A stretch of DNA of 64,000 nt. Source: a bacterium (GTDB taxonomy: Bacteria; SZUA-182; DTGQ01; JAFGSM01). Each line of letters opens with the position of its first letter. Within the stretch, counting starts at the first letter, position 1. The translations under genes were made by a program, and so were the position numbers. The DNA lies in the NCBI GenBank assembly GCA_049472315.1, contig JBLIRN010000001.1, positions 191,919-255,918 on the forward strand. Reading direction: 5' to 3'. The notes under the pieces were generated by a model, which did no database searches, was not told the DNA's origin, and was given only the letters and a program-made list of their open reading frames with translations. Positions 62,447 to 64,000 of the stretch are shown piece after piece.

Positions 62447-63316
62447 ATGAGATGCCCGGCGTGCGGCTATATTTCCTTCGATCATTTGGACACCTGCAAA
62501 AACTGCGGGCATCGTCTGCTCAAGGCCGGGCATGACGATTCTCCCTTTCCTTCCACGTACTCCCTCATGTCCGAGACGACCAATTCCCGACCCCCGTCGC
62601 AACCACCTCTGTCCCACCTATTTTCCAATAACAACGTTGCCAATAACAACCTTCATACATCTTACAGCCGTGAAGGCTCACCCATTCCCGATGATATCCA
62701 TCCCGGGCACAGCTCGCCGGGCATCTCAATGCCCTCTCACGACAGTGAGACCCCCCAGGCTCGCTTCAATAGCCTCTTTGCCGATCCTGCTGAAGGGGAT
62801 TTCTCCGAAGGGTCGATGCCTTCGGACGAAGGCCATGGGAAGGAGTATACCTGCGGATCTCCCAGTGACAGGGATCTGCCCAGGGCCGGTTTTTGGATTC
62901 GTCTCCTGGCCTTTATTATCGACCTTTTTTGTATCGGCTTAATCGAGACCGTATTTTCCTGGTCTATCACACTGGGGACCATTACCGGGGCCCGGCTTCT
63001 GGAAATGAATCCGGAAACCATGCTGGATGTGCGGCAATTTCTCACGAACATCACGTGGATAGTGATCGTTGCCCTCTACTTCATCTATTTTCATGGAAGG
63101 TTCGGGCAAACACCCGGAAAGAGACTCCTCCACCTCAAGGTCATTCGAACGGACGGCAGCCCCCTTGGATTTACAAAGGCAGCAGAGAGGTTTATCGGGT
63201 ATATCCTCTCGTTTCTCCCCCTGTATGTCGGATTCCTTTTGATTGCCTTCAGCAAGGAAAAGCAGGGACTCCACGATCTCATTGCAAAAACCTTCGTAAT
63301 TAGGACCGATTCCTGA
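62447..63316 (+). CDS. RDD-family membrane protein with N-terminal zinc ribbon and disordered linker
   Basis: MRCPACG...CKNCG; RAGFWIRLLAFIID, GQTPGKR, QGLHDLIAKT. Confidence 0.85.
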   Translation: MRCPACGYISFDHLDTCKNCGHRLLKAGHDDSPFPSTYSLMSETTNSRPPSQPPLSHLFSNNNVANNNLHTSYSREGSPIPDDIHPGHSSPGISMPSHDSETPQARFNSLFADPAEGDFSEGSMPSDEGHGKEYTCGSPSDRDLPRAGFWIRLLAFIIDLFCIGLIETVFSWSITLGTITGARLLEMNPETMLDVRQFLTNITWIVIVALYFIYFHGRFGQTPGKRLLHLKVIRTDGSPLGFTKAAERFIGYILSFLPLYVGFLLIAFSKEKQGLHDLIAKTFVIRTDS

Positions 63317-63399
63317 GGATGTAATCCCTTCCGTATCTTTGGGGCTGACCATCCGAAGGTCGACACCGGAGGTTGATTTTGTGCTGAGGTTGATTTTAC

Positions 63400-63428
63400 T
63401 TGACAAAGCCTTGCTTTTTTCCTATCAT
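63400..63428 (+). promoter_or_regulatory. Sigma70 promoter of the tRNA pair
   Basis: TTGACA-N17-TATCAT, ~30 nt before tRNA-Phe. Confidence 0.75.
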
Positions 63429-63457
63429 AAATTCTCTTTTCTGTTCCATGTTTATGT

Positions 63458-63533
63458 GCCGGGGTAGCTCAGTCGGTAGAGCAAGGGACTGAAAATCCCT
63501 GTGTCCACAGTTCGATTCTGTGCCCCGGCACCA
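63458..63533 (+). tRNA. tRNA-Phe(GAA)
   Basis: Anticodon arm AGGGA-CTGAAAA-TCCCT, T-loop TTCGATT, CCA end. Confidence 0.96.
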
Positions 63534-63549
63534 CTTACCTTCGCATCTC

Positions 63550-63624
63550 GCCGGCGTAGCTCAGAGGCAGAGCAGCTGATTCGTAATCAGCGGGTCGTAG
63601 GTTCAACTCCTATCGCCGGCTCCA
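63550..63624 (+). tRNA. tRNA-Thr(CGT)
   Basis: Anticodon arm GCTGA-TTCGTAA-TCAGC, GGTTCAACTCC, CCA end. Confidence 0.96.
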
Positions 63625-64000
63625 GCAAAATCAAAGGGTTGCGCTTATGGCTGCAACCCTTCCCTCTATGATGAGTGCGGATTTGGAGGGATTTTTTCCA
63701 TTCACGTGCGCAGGGGCCATTGAACCAGTGTATCAAGCAGGCTCCTTCTTATATTCGTGATTATATTTACCGGGTAATGGGCAAGGGTGCATACGATTGG
63801 GGTTGGTTCCCGATCGAAGGGGAACGCGCCAATGATCTATTTTTGCCTCTACCGAAAGGACATGTCCCAAGGGAACACGGAAGCGCCGGGAAGAGAGTGG
63901 ACACCCTGAAGGATCGAATTACCCTTAGAAAGGGACGAAAAATCCGGAGCGAATAAGACCGGTGAATAAGACGACGAGAAGGAATAAGCTGACCCGGACC

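Noticed and set aside
63625..64000. Start of an integrated element after tRNA-Thr, and ORF 63675-63956
   Set aside because: Only a short hairpin (63634-63661) is visible, with no integrase or recognisable protein before the window ends.

Overview
Chromosomal segment of a diderm bacterium (Kdo genes, sigma54, thyX, rng; gene order like Desulfobacterota and relatives, but the lineage cannot be fixed from sequence alone). Most of it is a minus-strand housekeeping backbone: rng, rplU-rpmA-obgE-proB-proA-nadD-rsfS-rlmH-apgM-comF, gap-pgk-tpiA-secG-oppABC, hisS, pyrG-kdsA-kdsD-kdsC, merR-tRNAPro-pcm-tRNAPro-nlpD-rpoS, rho-rpmE-thyX-prfA-prmC-murA-hisD, plus tRNA-Phe and tRNA-Thr. Three accessory envelope loci interrupt it. 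(1) At 1-8.3 kb, two paralogous secreted FN3/Ig-like proteins are followed by a sigma54 activator that lacks a regulatory domain. (2) At 27.6-37.6 kb, four signal-peptide-bearing Gly/Tyr-rich low-complexity proteins surround a TMTC-like GT-C/TPR protein, a Thr-type sulfatase-fold/TPR lipoprotein and two ICMT-family methyltransferases. (3) At 41-43.6 kb, a protein carries 12 DPN motifs, an FN3 domain, a CFI-box and an outer-membrane barrel. Four near-consensus sigma54 -24/-12 promoters point into loci 1 and 2, suggesting a co-regulated system for building and modifying an extracellular protein matrix; this is the best candidate for an undescribed system. Other oddities are a phased five-copy ~53-bp palindromic repeat array between rplU and rpmA, a CTG start for murA, stacked Shine-Dalgarno elements in one leader and a REP-like cluster. 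No integrase, transposase, Cas or reverse transcriptase is seen. All family calls come from motif recognition, not database searches.
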